From Thalia democratica (lineage: Eukaryota), in the NCBI GenBank assembly GCA_965202585.1, contig OZ241828.1, forward strand, positions 58,156,001-58,220,000: DNA of 64,000 bases, given 5' to 3'. The position numbers were made by a program, and so were the translations under genes. Of this stretch, positions 36,553-50,009 are shown piece by piece (positions within the stretch are counted from its first letter, which is position 1; the number at the start of each line of letters is the position of its first letter). Below the pieces are notes generated by a model, which ran no database searches, was not told where the DNA came from, and was given only the letters and a program-made list of their open reading frames with translations.

Positions 36553-37265
36553 CGAATAAATTATATATATATATATATATTGTTATTAAGGTGAAAAAGC
36601 TATATTTGTTGAACTGTCTGTTTATTCTTGAACTTTTAACAATCTGACTGTAAATTGACGAGAAACTTTATAAAATTACTTTGGTAAGTTTCCACTCTCT
36701 CTCTCGTTTCTAAAAATAAAACTTTCCGCTTTTATTTCTTCTTTAAAAAAAAACAAACATTTTATGCTAAAAAACTACTAGCTTTAATCATGCTTGAAAT
36801 TTTTTTTTTTTCTGCAGTTATTATATTAAGCTGTAATTTAAGTCTTAATTATTAAAAGCTAAATATAATCACTTTAAACTTGGTGTAAAAATATTTTCAT
36901 TTTTAACTAACTATGTTTTAAAAACAGTTTTTTGCAGCTTACAGTTTTGTTTATGAAAAAAAAACCTAACTTTACATCGGTAACTTAACAATTAATAAAG
37001 TAATTAATTTTCACTTTATCACTTATTTTGTACAATGGTATATGATCATAATGTTTATATATTTTTGTTTAAAGTTATAATATTGTTTTAATTTTATGAA
37101 ATTAAATGTATGTATTGATTTAAACTAACATATAGTTAAAGTATATATATTTAAACTACACAAAAAGCAAATTTGTAGAGTTATAAGTTTACAAAATAGA
37201 ATATCAAAGCTTAGTACACATTTATTAAAAAAAGTCTCAGAAACTTGTTTTATTTAGAAAATATT

Positions 37266-38768
37266 ATGAAATTAAAATCAAAGCGATCATTTTATACACC
37301 TGTTTTTGTATTGAGCATTATAATATTTATTTGCTCAGTGAGTTTAGCAGTGACATTCGGAAATTACCGGTCTTGCATGGTTCAAATTAAAGAGGTTAGT
37401 GGTTCAGTTTCAAACACTTTTTAAAAATATCTTGTTAACTGCTGTTTTGTTCAGGAGCTAAACAAGAACATTGATGAATTAGTAGAAAAGAACAATAAAA
37501 TGGTAAAACAAATCAGTATAATGAAAAACGAAGCAATTAATCAAACGAAGAAAATAAATGAACTAGAAATCGAATTAGGAACAATAATAGGTAAAGGAAG
37601 TTATATATATTATCAAGTAAAACTTGAATAGAAAGTTTACTAAAGTTTTTTCTTCTTTATCGTTTTAAGTAGGGTAAAAAATTCATAGAAGACAGAAGTT
37701 TTCTTATTTTTTTTTACATCAGAAAAGAACAATAAAATGGTTAAACAAATCAGTATAAAGAAAAACGAAGCAATTAATCAAACGAACAAAATAAAAGAAC
37801 TAGAAAATAAATTAGGAAATATAATAGGTAAAGTAGCTTTATATATTATCACTTAAAATTTTAATAGAAAGTTTACCAAAGATTTTTTTTCTTTACCGTT
37901 TTTAATAGAGCAAAAAAATTCATAGAAGATAAAAGTTCTTACACATATTTTTGCATCAGTAATATTAATTAAAAAATCTAACAAACGTGTTCTTCCATTA
38001 CCGTTAAAAAAAATTCTAAACACCAAAATATATTGACAACTTAATTTATGAACGTATATAATACTATAACTAAAAAGCAACTTTTTCAGTAAATTAAAAT
38101 ACTTTTAAAGTATTTTTTCTTTCCAGTCAATTACACCTTCAAAATAACTCTAACTCCTAAAAACTTTAAAAAATCTCGTCTTCTTTGCAACAAGATGGGT
38201 GGAGACCTCATATTTCATAATTTAGTTGATAAAGAAAAATATATGTTCGTTTTTTAGCTTGTCTTAATTTAGTTGTAATCACTTAAATAGATTTTTCTTA
38301 AAATTTAAAGGAATACGAATACCTTTTAACATCAAAAATTTAAAAATCGAATAGTTTTTTACATTTTTTATTGTTCACATGTATATGATCAATGAATTTT
38401 AAATTGAGCAAACTTTTGAGTTTTCTTTTAAACCAAACCTTTTAAAACTAATGTTAATTAATCATCCTCACAGCTAAATAAAAAATCTCGTAGAAGAAAA
38501 CAAAGAAAAAGGTTTCTTCTGGATTGGTTTGAATGACAGAGGTGAGGAGGGTGATTTTCGGCTGATGAACGGAAGCTCTTATGACGTCAAAATGTCGAAT
38601 GCACTTTACCCGTGGCACAAAAACGAGCCGAACAACAGTGGTGTTAATGACGCAGAAGAAGATTGTGTTCAAATTCTCGTGCACCAGGGTCTAGACACAC
38701 TGGGTTTAAACGATGCAGACTGTGATAAGAGTTTTTACGGGCTGTGTGAAATTCCGATGTATACATAA
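37266..38768 (+). CDS. Type II transmembrane C-type lectin (EPN type); exons 37266-37394, 37455-37590, 37723-37827, 38127-38244, 38474-38768; apparent in-frame TAA at 38475-38477
   Basis: Exon 1 encodes MKLKSKRSFY plus a hydrophobic anchor (VFVLSIIIFICSVSLAVTF). Exons 2-3 encode a coiled-coil neck. The CTLD shows LLCNKMGGDL, FWIGLND, WHKNEPNN, EDCV and LNDADC...GLCE. Splice phases are consistent (0,1,1,2). Confidence 0.75.
37483..37959 (+). repeat. ~237-bp tandem exon+intron duplication encoding the lectin neck
   Basis: agaaaagaacaataaaatgg starts at 37483 and 37721. The intron portion (aatagaaagtttac...ttcatagaaga...catcag) is also repeated. Confidence 0.85.
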
Positions 38769-41700
38769 ACGTTTTGCACATTAACCATCTTATAAATTGC
38801 TATATAAAATTTATAAGGAACTGTATGCTATAAAAGTATTTTAACTAATTACTAAACATTTTTGACTAAATTCATTAGGTTCTTTTTAATTTTTTCGAGT
38901 TATATAGAGCTAAAAATTTTTATGTCAGTTTTGTAAAATCTCCCATAAGTGAAACATTTTTAAAGTGAATGAAAGTAATTATCTTCTCTTGTAACGCTCT
39001 CAAAAAACTTACCTTTAAAATCTGAAAAGTTTTAATTTGCTCGCAAAGCTATAACTAGATATTTCTATGTTAATTATAATACTAAAAAAAAGGTATTGAT
39101 TTAAATTTTAAAGAAATGTAAAAAAGTTCATTATTGTAAGTAGCGCTAAGTGCAAATTATAAAATAAGTATTCAAAGCATCAAAAAAATTGAACGTTACT
39201 TATAGCTCAAATAAAAATATATCTAATACAAGTACGTTTAGTGTTAAAAAAAAATATTAGAAAAAAAATTATTAATGAAAGCCTTTACAAATGTACTATA
39301 TCAAGAAAACTTTTGCAAGTAAAATATTATCTAATTTATATTTGAAGAATATTTTAAAGTTTTTTTTCTTTTAACTTCATTTAGATGTTAGCATTTTAAC
39401 AATTTACTTAAAAAACTAGTTTAATTTTTTTTACTTTTTAGAACAAAATAAAGTTATTAATGGTTCAAAGTATAAATTCTAACATTTGTATATAACTTTT
39501 TTTACATTAAAATGTTAAAGCAAAACAATTTAGCGTTTAAAAATTACTAACCTTTTCTTAAATAATTCATTAAATTGTTTTGGAAGCTATATTTTTTAAG
39601 CAATTAAATGATAATTATAGTTTATTAACTTTTTTTTTGAATCTAAAAGCGTAAACATTTACCTACAAAATAGTTACACTTAAAACTTTTAAGTTTTAAA
39701 TTACCTAGTTTTTATTTTTAGGCCAGGTAAAAATTTTTTTAATATTTTTAAACATATTAGTCACATTAAAGTTATACATTAAGAAAAGTAGACGACAGTT
39801 TTAATCCTAATACTAATCCTAATGCTTACTTATGCCGTGATTAATTTCTTAAGATTACATGAACTTACAACTATTTATATTATTTTTGTTATAAGTTTGA
39901 TAGTTTTTGTAATGATAATAGTTTGTAGTTGGTCAGCGAATCGATTTGAAAATGTTTTTCTTTTTCTCGCCGGTTTATATCTGTATAGCACTTTTGTGAT
40001 CACTTTTATTTAAATGTGTTTTTTTTTACGTTTGTTTAAGCAAAAATGTTTTTAGGTAAAAACGGTAAAAAAAAATCATACAAATATCAATTATAAAAAG
40101 AATAAGTTACTTTATGAAAAATATTTTTTAGCAATTTTTTTTTATCGAGTTAAACGAAATAGTTTTTAGATTTATAAAAACTGTTAGAAAATAACGGTAG
40201 TACAGGTGAAACGACAAAACTCGTAGTAACATTGTTTTAAAAGTAAGTAGAGTTAATCCCAATTAAAAGTAATTTCTTATTTTTTACCTTTTTTAGAAAT
40301 AGAACGTTTTAGGATTTACTGCATGTTGACATATCAGTCAGAAAAACGAAAAAAAAAAGTTTTTATCAATATTTAATAAATTATTTTAGTCTAAAAACTT
40401 TTAATTTTCCATAAAAATACAATCAATAGTTCGAGTAAAACTTTGTTAGACAATTAATTTTTAAACTTATATTAAAAAACAGATTATTTTTACTGGATTA
40501 AAACTTTATATATGAATATAAAATTTAGTATTTGATACTGTATTGCTATGAAAAAAAAAAGATAACTTTTATGACAAAAAAAACTTAAGTGCTTTTCAAT
40601 ACTTATTTTTGCATTTGTTATAAGCTACACGAATTTAAAGGTTGTGAATATATTTTGTTCAAATTTTAATGATCTGTCACTCAACTGTATAAAAATATCA
40701 AGTTATGCCGTATGAAGGTACATAAATTTTATAGTCGATTTCAAGTTTCAAAATAGAGTAAAATGAAGTGTTATGAACTTCAACAAATACGGCGTTAAAA
40801 TATATAATTATCAATATATTTTTTATATAACTTTAAATACACTTAATTAACAAATGTATCTATTTTTTTTTAATTAACACAATCTAGTTTATGTTGAGAT
40901 ATTTAAAAGTTTTAATAACTAACTAAGTGTACATGGTTTAAAAGCTGATTTCAAAAAAATACCATAAGAAAGATATTAATTTAACGTAACTTATACTTCT
41001 TTTTAAAATAACTCTTAGTATAACTCACATATTAATTAAAAAAAATTATGCCGATGAAAAACTTTAAGTAATCTTTTAAAATACATCTAATCGGCATACA
41101 CTTCCTTAGTTGGACTTTTTTATGATGATTGATTAGCATAAAATTTACTTTCTCTTTCATCCAACACTTTTGTTGTGTACTCTTTTAAACCATAATAAAA
41201 GCTTTTGGTCTTAAGTAAGATATTATGTATTTATTAACTACAATCACTTTTTTACAGATTAATGATTATTGAAATGAAAGTCAATGATTAAGTAGTCGTT
41301 TATACAATTAAATTTAATTGTTAGCTAAAATGTTAAAACAAGTAAAAATACAAATGAAAAAGTTATACTAGAACAGTTTTCTTCACGATGTGCACGAAAT
41401 TGAATAAATACGTTTTAATTGATAGCACAATTTTTAACTCTGTTTTATACCAAAAGGTTTATTTACAATCTGTTTTAACAAGAAAGTTTTAATATTATAG
41501 GTATACATTTAACGTTGTATGCTTTTTTTCTAAATAAAAATATTTTTTATGTTTTTTTTTTAGAATTTTGTTATACTCAAATGCGTTTCATAAACCTATA
41601 TCTATGCTAGCAATATGTGGATATTTTCCTAAAAAATCAAATATACATAAATTTTATTTTTTCAGATTTACAAATTATGTATATGTAAAGAGTATTCCTT

Positions 41701-42311
41701 AAGCACAAAAGGTCTCGACGAAACTTATTTTGAAGACAATGTTAATATTAAATTTATTGATACAAAGGCAACGTTGTTTCACCCAACAATGATCTTCAGG
41801 CCTGTAAAACAAAAAATAAGACGATGAAATAATAAATATTGCATAACAATTGATAACTAAAGTTTATAAAATTGACAAAAATCAATACGTCAATTTAACA
41901 TTATAGTAAAAGTAAACAAAAAAAAAATTAAATTTACAAAAATAAAACTTTAAATAGCAATCTTTATATTTACAACTATTGATACGTTTTTAACGGTTTT
42001 AGATACAGCTGATAACAACACAAATCAAAAAAAAAACATCAATTTTTTTTTAATTTTTAAGTATATAAAATGCATTAAAAAGTTAATTTTTGTTAAAAAG
42101 TAACACACTTTTATAACAAAAACTTTTATAGTTATACAAAATAATTTTGATCACAAAGGATATAGCAATCAAAAGTTTGTGATACCATTATTGGTAAACA
42201 TTATTATTAACAACTTTAAAAATAAGTTATATAACTTCAAGTTAAAACACTATTTTGTAAAACTTTTTGTTGAATCAAACATAAACATTGGATCGGTTTT
42301 ATTTCGTTTCT

Positions 42312-42347
42312 ACTTCCTGTGACTGGAAGTGATGTTGTCATGACAAC
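42312..42347. promoter_or_regulatory. Inverted ETS pair plus a perfect RFX X-box palindrome (promoter-like)
   Basis: ACTTCC-tgtgact-GGAAGT (42312-42330) is followed 3 nt later by GTTGTCATGACAAC (42334-42347), in otherwise very AT-rich DNA. Confidence 0.45.
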
Positions 42348-45300
42348 AAACAAAATAATTTGTGGTCAAAATGAACACCTGGATTAATTTTAAAGTAAAG
42401 TTGTTTTGATAGGTTTTTAACGTAAATCAAAAGTTATTGTTCCTAATAGTTCTTATACTATTAGGAGTTATAAGTAACAAAAAAAAATTGTTAACTTACA
42501 ATTAGTTTTAATGTTAGTATTATAAGCAAGAAATTATCTAAATATAATAGAAGCTTAATATTTTTCTTAATATAACTTTTAACTTCATTTAACGTTTTAA
42601 CTATGAGTTATTTGATTTAAAAATAGCTTAAAATTGTCTTATACAATTAAAAGATAACATTGTTTTGCTTATTGTAGTATTTCTATAGTATATCAACTAA
42701 ATAATACAATTTTATATGTTTAGTTAAACATTGTTGATATTTTATTCAAATGTTTAATTATTATTTTAAACAACCTAATACTTTGTAAATACCTTGAAAA
42801 TTGTTGGCAAATTAATGTAAAGCTGTAGTAAAATATAAACTATATTTGATTTTATTACATAAAAAAAGAAACCTTATTTGGCAACTATACTTACAATTAC
42901 ATTTACACTTAAAATATCAAAAACAAAGTATTTATTGACTGTTTAAGACTTTTTCCAAATGAAACTAAGTGTAAATTGTTATTTTACATAGTATATTCAC
43001 ATTCCAATTTTTGTAAAAAAATAGTTTTAACTGTTTTGTAACAAAAAAGAATTGTTTAGTATTTAAAGCACACTGTTTTTGTTTTACTAGTTATTTAATT
43101 TTCTGTTCCCTTTTTAATATACTTAAAACCCCTTTTTTTATTTACACTGCTTTACTAATTTAACTAGATATGTTTTGTTAAACTAGTTAAATAAGAAACA
43201 AGTACTAATGATTAAAATATACACTTATTAAAATAGTCAAAACTTATCTATTTTTGACAATTAATAATATGATTTGGTGAACAAGTTCTTTTTTAAATGT
43301 GTATTGTTTTAAATGTTGTATAGTTTTACTTATCTAGTTTAAGTTTGTTGGAAATATTTATTTTTTAAACAAGTTGTCAATTTTTGTTTGCATTGTTTGT
43401 GAACAATTTAATAAGATAAACATTTCTAATTAATAATTTATTTAAAAAACTTGAAGTTGTCAGTAAATTTATGATAAAGGCTTAATATATACCTAGTTTA
43501 TCCCCGATTAGCAACAAAATTTTAAAAGTTAATTGAATTCAAGAAATTTTAAATCGACTAAATGGCGCCAATAATATTGTTTCGTCATAACAATTACTTT
43601 TAGCATCGTTGATTTCGGCTATTTGTTTTTATTGGAAATGGAATTTATTAAAGTCTTTTTAATTTTAACTAAAAATATAAAAAGTTTATCTTTAAAAGTA
43701 TAGAAATAGAATATATGAATTTAAAAAAGGTTGTAAAATTAATGGTTTTTTCAAAAAAAAAAAATCTTGAAAATCAAAAAAGCTAAAGTTTTGAGCTTTT
43801 GATACAATACTTAATTGCAAATTAAACAACAATTAGCTTAAATTTTATACAATTATAAGAAAACTTTAGTTGACGTTTGTCATTGTGTACAACTGTAAAT
43901 GCTTGAGTTGCTTTAGCAAGAATTTATTAAAATTTATCAAATAGTACACAAAGTTTATCTTTTTAAAGTATAAAGAAAATAAAATTTAAAGAAATAAATA
44001 AATGAACAGAGCTTTAAATACAATTAAATGCAAATAAAACAACCATTAACTTAAATTTTATCTAATCAAAAGGAACTCTCACTTGACAACTATAATCAGT
44101 TTTAATCAAGGATGAATTAAAATAAGATTAGTTTTGATTTAAACTGATTTCTTTCACACGATTTCACAGAAAAATTCTTTTTTAAATACAAATAAATACA
44201 ACTGTTCAAAATAGGAAATTCGTTTAAATTATTGATATCTGTTGATTTAAAACAAGAGTTTATTTAAAAAAAAATATTATATCAGTTTTGAAGTTTTATC
44301 TGGAAGTTAATTCCCTGTTATCAAAAAGAAATAGTTAAAAATTGTGAGACAAAATAGTTGTTTAAAACGATACACTAAATTTACAGCATTTTTTAAAGTA
44401 CTTCAACACAATTTAAACAGTTTTAGAGTCTTAAATTTCTTTCAAATTACGATTTCAAATTTGTTTAAACTGATAGAAAAATGAATTTTAGCACCGATGT
44501 TACATAAACAACTTTAGTAAATAATTATCGCTATACAAAACTTCTGAACTTAGACTATAAATTTAAATTAGATAATTATGCAAGTTTACCATCATGCAAT
44601 TGTTTCTTGAATGTTAAACGTGATAACTTTGTAACCAAACGATGATGTTAAGTGGACTAAAACATTTCTTTCTTTTCATATCTAACTTTTATATCTTATT
44701 TTGTAACTGATATTTTTTTCTATTTTTATTGTACTACTTATCAGTGTATTAGTTTTCAAGTAACACTTAAACTACACTAAATTTGTTTAACAAGTGCATT
44801 TTGCTTATGCAAAATAATTCCGTAACTAAATTTAATTACAGCGTTAGTTTTATAAGTTATATAATTTAGGAAAATCGTAGTTTTTTAGACCATATTTGTG
44901 AAAAAGTAAAATAAAACAAATATAATAAACATTACTACTTTAGTTGTGTTTATAATTATATTAATCGTAATAATGTTTCTTTAAAATATATCGGTTAGAT
45001 ATGAATATTTACATGTAAAATAAAAATTATTTTCCATAAAACTTGTAGAAGAGAAAGTAACTATCTGTAACAATGTATAAAACATTTTAATTTGTATATC
45101 AGAATAATTATTAAAGAAGCTTTTTTAAAGAATAAAAATCTTAAATGTTGAACCTTATTAACTGTAATTTTAAATACACACAAAGCTATCTAACTTAGAT
45201 TAATTTGTGTTATTTTTATTTTCACTTTTTATAAATCTGCTAAGTTTTAAACTTTTACTTCAAAAAATCTTTTGATACATACTTATCATAAATAACAACG

Positions 45301-45587
45301 CATCGTATCACTAATTGAAGCAAAATATTAGTTCTAATATTTAAATTGAAGATTTATACCACAAAAGATTACTTGAAACAAAACAACGTGTAGTTTAACA
45401 GTTACTTATGTTTCTTAAACAGTACATTAGACATAATGAAATTTTTCTAATATTTATTTTAAATTTTTAAATGTAATGTCTTATAATATTTTTAGAAAAA
45501 AATAAACACAAACCTTTAAACACAAAACAAATATGAACAAAAGTTACAAATAAGATAGTTGACCATGACAACGGTAGCCATACAAAC

Positions 45588-48260
45588 AGTATAAAGATAA
45601 AACATTAAAAAACAAATAAAACTGTTACTATTATCTAAAACGTGCTGTTCTTGAAAATCATAATCTTTTATTTAAAAAACTCTCTTGTTTTTTTTTCTTA
45701 ATCCATACTATTACGATTTTTTTAATGTGCTAAGTCATGTATAAAACTAAATAAATTTTCTGATGCTTGAGAGCGCATTTAATGTTAATGATGAAAAATT
45801 CTAATGTTTGGGATTTTTCTCAGTCAATTATTAAACTTGATTTTTAAATTGTATTTCACTATGCTTTAGTTCATAATAGGTAAAATCTGTTATTCAAATG
45901 TTAAGTCACTTTTTACTCTATTTTTTCTGTTTTTAGACCAGAAAAGCTATTAACTTAACAATATGTAAAAAGTCAACTTGTAATAAGGTAAAAATAAGCT
46001 TTTATGATTTGTTGGTATCTGTTTGACAATTTAGAAAGAAAAAGTATATTTATTAACAATGATTATACATTTTCTGTTTTTGTAATTAAAATAGAAATTG
46101 TATTATCATTGTAAGTAAATTTACTTTTCCTTTCTAAATTGTCCAACAGATACCAACAAATCATAAAAGCTTAACATTGTAAAACAACAGAAATTTTTCA
46201 AAATCTAAAAAAAATGTTCTACTTAATTTATTCAAAACACTCTTATAATTCTTAAGAACTAGAAGTATTAAGTTTAAATGTAAAAAATAAAGAAGTTAAA
46301 CTATCATTCTAAAATTTAATTACATGTTATTAAACACTTTTTTTTTACTTTTATCTTAGTAAAACTAAATGAAAAAATTATAGATCATACTTAAGTTAAA
46401 AGTATTAAATGCTTTATGAGATTTTTGAAATAAACAGTTTATATCAAATGAGTGTAAAGTTACAACAAAAAAAGTATTCTATTTTTCACTGGAATAGTAT
46501 ATTTGTGTCGATAAAACAACCTAAAATACTTAAACTTGCTAAAGAATGTTTGTATCATATTTTAAATAACTGTACTAATATATAAATAATTTTATAAAAG
46601 TAAAAGAGAAGTTTGTTTTCAAATTTTGTTAAAGTTAAATTAAAGCATAAACCTATTGAACTCACTGGGAAAAAAAACACTTACACTTATAACAACAGCT
46701 ATTCAAATTAATTCACAAATACTGACTAAATCTGAGATTATCTGAAGTTCAACGGCTTTTTCTGTTTCTAAACATTTATTTACCTTGAACTTTATGCTAC
46801 AATAATTTTTTATCTATTACGTCAGAATCAGTTTTTTAAGCTTGACGAAATCTATAACAAACAAATATAAAATTAATTTTGCTCTCAAACCAATTATGTT
46901 TGTGCAAAACTAAGACTTAGGGGTGGTCGTTGTCACGGTAACAACTTTCTTAGTGATACCAATCGAAATTTCACCTGAAACTCAAAACTTTGTTGCTAGG
47001 TGCAAGTCGGTTGTCATGACAATTACTAAGTAGGTTTTGGTGAGTGGCCCTCTTAAAAGTTTATAAATAAGCTATAGCGGTGAAATTATCTATTTAACTT
47101 CACGAGTTTTCTGTGTAAATTTGTTTTCTTAAAGTAGTTAAAAGTAGCTCATTAAAAATAAAACTCGTACTAATTCATCAACATAAGTTGAAATATCAAA
47201 TATTTATTGCACGTATTTAAAACTAGCGTTTTTATACTAAATTTTAAATTTAATATAACCAAGATAACTGCTTCAACTAAAATATATCTATTTTTTGTTT
47301 AACAATATGGTTTTTTAGCTCTTAGTTTTAAAATTTGAAAACAAAAATTTTATGAGTTAAATAAGCTCTAATTCATTTAATACTTGTGTTTCAAACACAA
47401 ATTAATTATAATTAATTTGATTGTAAAAAACATTAATCCTATTACAACTCTTGAAACCTGTTATTTTTCCATTTCGGATTAATAAATCAATTTGCTTTAA
47501 TTATAAAAAATAAATGTGAAAAAGGAAGCAACAACTTAATATCATCTGGTTTTAATTGAATTTACAATTATTTAACATACAACTAGTCTACACTACTTTA
47601 AAATTAGTTCTATTAAATTTACTTATAATGCTTGGTTTACTTAAAGATACTGTTTTAAAAGTATTCATTTGTTTATTAACATATTTATTATACATATGTT
47701 AAATGGTATACATTGATATGATAAGTAAATATTTTCAAACGTAAAATTTTTTATTAATTAAAAACGAATATTGTAAGTAGCTTACTTTAATTTGATTATA
47801 TATTGATATCGGAAAATTCTTCTTTGAAAAGAAAATAGTTCATCATGAAATTATTATCTTAAAACCAAATATATAGTGTTTTCTTTTAGTTTAGTACAGT
47901 TATAAAACCCTAAATGAATTTAAGATAAAGTTAAAACTTTTTTTACAAAGTTAAACTCGTTTTTAATAACATCCAGTAAACAAAATAAACGAGGAAAAAT
48001 TTTAATAATCAGATTTTACTTCACTTATTAAATATAATAAAAATACATCTATCAGACATCATTTATATTTGCAGCTACTTGCTAAGCTACTTCTTTATAT
48101 TTCAATGGTCTATATTTACTAAATTTTTTGTTACTGCTTATGCATCACTTTATTAGCACGTACCAAAACTTTTTTCTAAAATTTACAACTTCGTTTAATC
48201 CCATCAACATTTACTATTTTCTCTGACATCGGAAATGAAAACGGCGCCACTGAGATTTTT
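45588..48260 (+). repeat. ~2.7-kb non-coding duplicated segment, copy 1
   Basis: Co-linear direct similarity to ~61510-63965 along its whole length (e.g. aaacgtgctgttctt, ttacgtcagaatcagttt, tgttgctaggtgcaagtcggttgtca, catcggaaatgaaaa). Confidence 0.9.
46929..47023. promoter_or_regulatory. Cluster of three RFX X-box-like motifs
   Basis: GTTGTCACGGTAAC (46929-46942), GTTGCTAGG (from 46992) and GTTGTCATGACAAT (47010-47023). The cluster is largely retained in copy 2 (62760-62853). Confidence 0.45.
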
Positions 48261-50009
48261 AGAGTGTTTCGATTTTCTGATAATTTATTCGATCTTTTGC
48301 TCAACTGCAAATTACTTGTTTCTGAAAATAATAGGTTGGAAGTTTTCTAATTTCTTTTAAAAGTTAGAAATAAAAATTTCAAACATTCAAGTAGAACATA
48401 ATTTAATGTTTATCTTAAAAACTAATTGTTTTGTATCATAATACCTCAAAAATGTTTGAGCTTATAAATTATATCATAGAAACTTTTTGTGTTGTTCAAA
48501 AGGGTTGAAAGCAACGCAAACACAACTTTCTAAAAACTCATGCGGAGCTTGTTTAAGTTAGCGAATAAACATTAACCAGCTCAACGTAAGTCTTATAAAA
48601 GAGTTCACTTTCAAGTGTAAATGAGTTGGTTAATTGCAGTGTACAACTTTGAATTTACTTATAGTTTATGGTTAGAAAACACACAAAATTTTGATAACTT
48701 AACTAGTCCTTTGTTATACAAAAGTTTTATACTTGTTTAAAATTTTATTTGAAGCAGAAAATAGTCGATTATTGTTTTTGAAAACTCAAAGAAAAAGTAC
48801 AAACTTCTAACTAATTCACAAAACACTTTTAAGATTTTTTCATTAAATTAGTTTAAAACATGTTTTAATTTTAAGATAGTTGATATATTTGAGTTTTGTA
48901 AAAAAAAAATGTATCTATTTTTATTAATAATAGTTAATCTCATTTATCAAACTGTTAACTTGCGTTAAAAAGGAAAGTTTAATCTGATTATACTTTTATG
49001 AAATTTTATAAGTACTTGTTTTAGTAATTCTACACGTTTGATTTGTCCTGTAATATTTTTGTTGCCAAAAAACACATAAATATGTCTTTTATTCAAACAA
49101 ATAAAAAATAAAAGCCGAAAAAATGTCAATACTAAATTATCATATACTAATAAAATTAAGTTATTTGTTAATATCTGAAGTAATGCTTGATTTAAATTTT
49201 TATAAACTAATATATTTTTTTGAGGGATTATTGTGCTTCTCTTTTAGAATGATAGTCAATCAAGGTCCTAAAAGTAGTTTAGGAACTAAAAATACTAAAG
49301 AAATACCAAAGTTATATGTTGATAAAAGCATGCAGCTAGTTTTTATATATCAAAACAAGGTTTATAGTTTTTATATATTTTTTAATTTTTAACTTTAAAT
49401 TTTTAACCTACACTTTTAATCCTAACCCACCAAAGCCGAAAATATAACAAATATATCAAAAAAGAAAGTTAATTAAACTTAAAAAATATAAAAATAACAT
49501 GTTTAATATCAAGTTAATCTTAGTCTAGTTTTGATATATTCAATTTAGTTGCTGGTTTTTAATGTACCTAAGAAGTATCATTTGTTTGGATGAAAGAATC
49601 CAACTTTTTATTAATAAAATTAAACCAAATTGAAATTAATTGAAGTAAAAGAAATAGTTGTTACATAAGCCTTTGTTTAGTAGTAAGAAAATTTTAAACA
49701 CTCTTTTTCGTTTATTTTACTTATCATCGAAAACACCTATTTAAAGAAGCATAACATACAGTAAAATTATAACATATTAGACAAGCTTACAAAAACAGTC
49801 TTATAAAGATCAAAACTGTTACAGCAAACTACTTTAAACTAATCAGCAAAACAATATCTACGCAAAAACTAAAAACAGCTAAACAACTTTACGAAAAACG
49901 AACAGATATAGATTGAGTTTTATAGAGATAAAGCTTTAACAGCAAAGCGTTTTAAGCTTATTAAGAGATCACACTTTGCGCAAACACTAAAACCAGCTTA
50001 CGTACAGTT

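Noticed and set aside
1206-38477. Stop-codon reassignment (TAA as sense) suggested by many in-frame TAAs
   Set aside because: The TAAs align to different residues in paralogues (Gln, Ser, Tyr, Lys), co-occur with frameshifts, and TAA also ends ORFs normally. Ordinary pseudogenisation explains them.
41560-41830. Possible exon(s): a 53-codon plus-strand frame ending TGA, or a minus-strand acceptor reading PEDHCWVKQRC...
   Set aside because: Both strands give equally plausible short frames, with no recognisable domain or partner exons.
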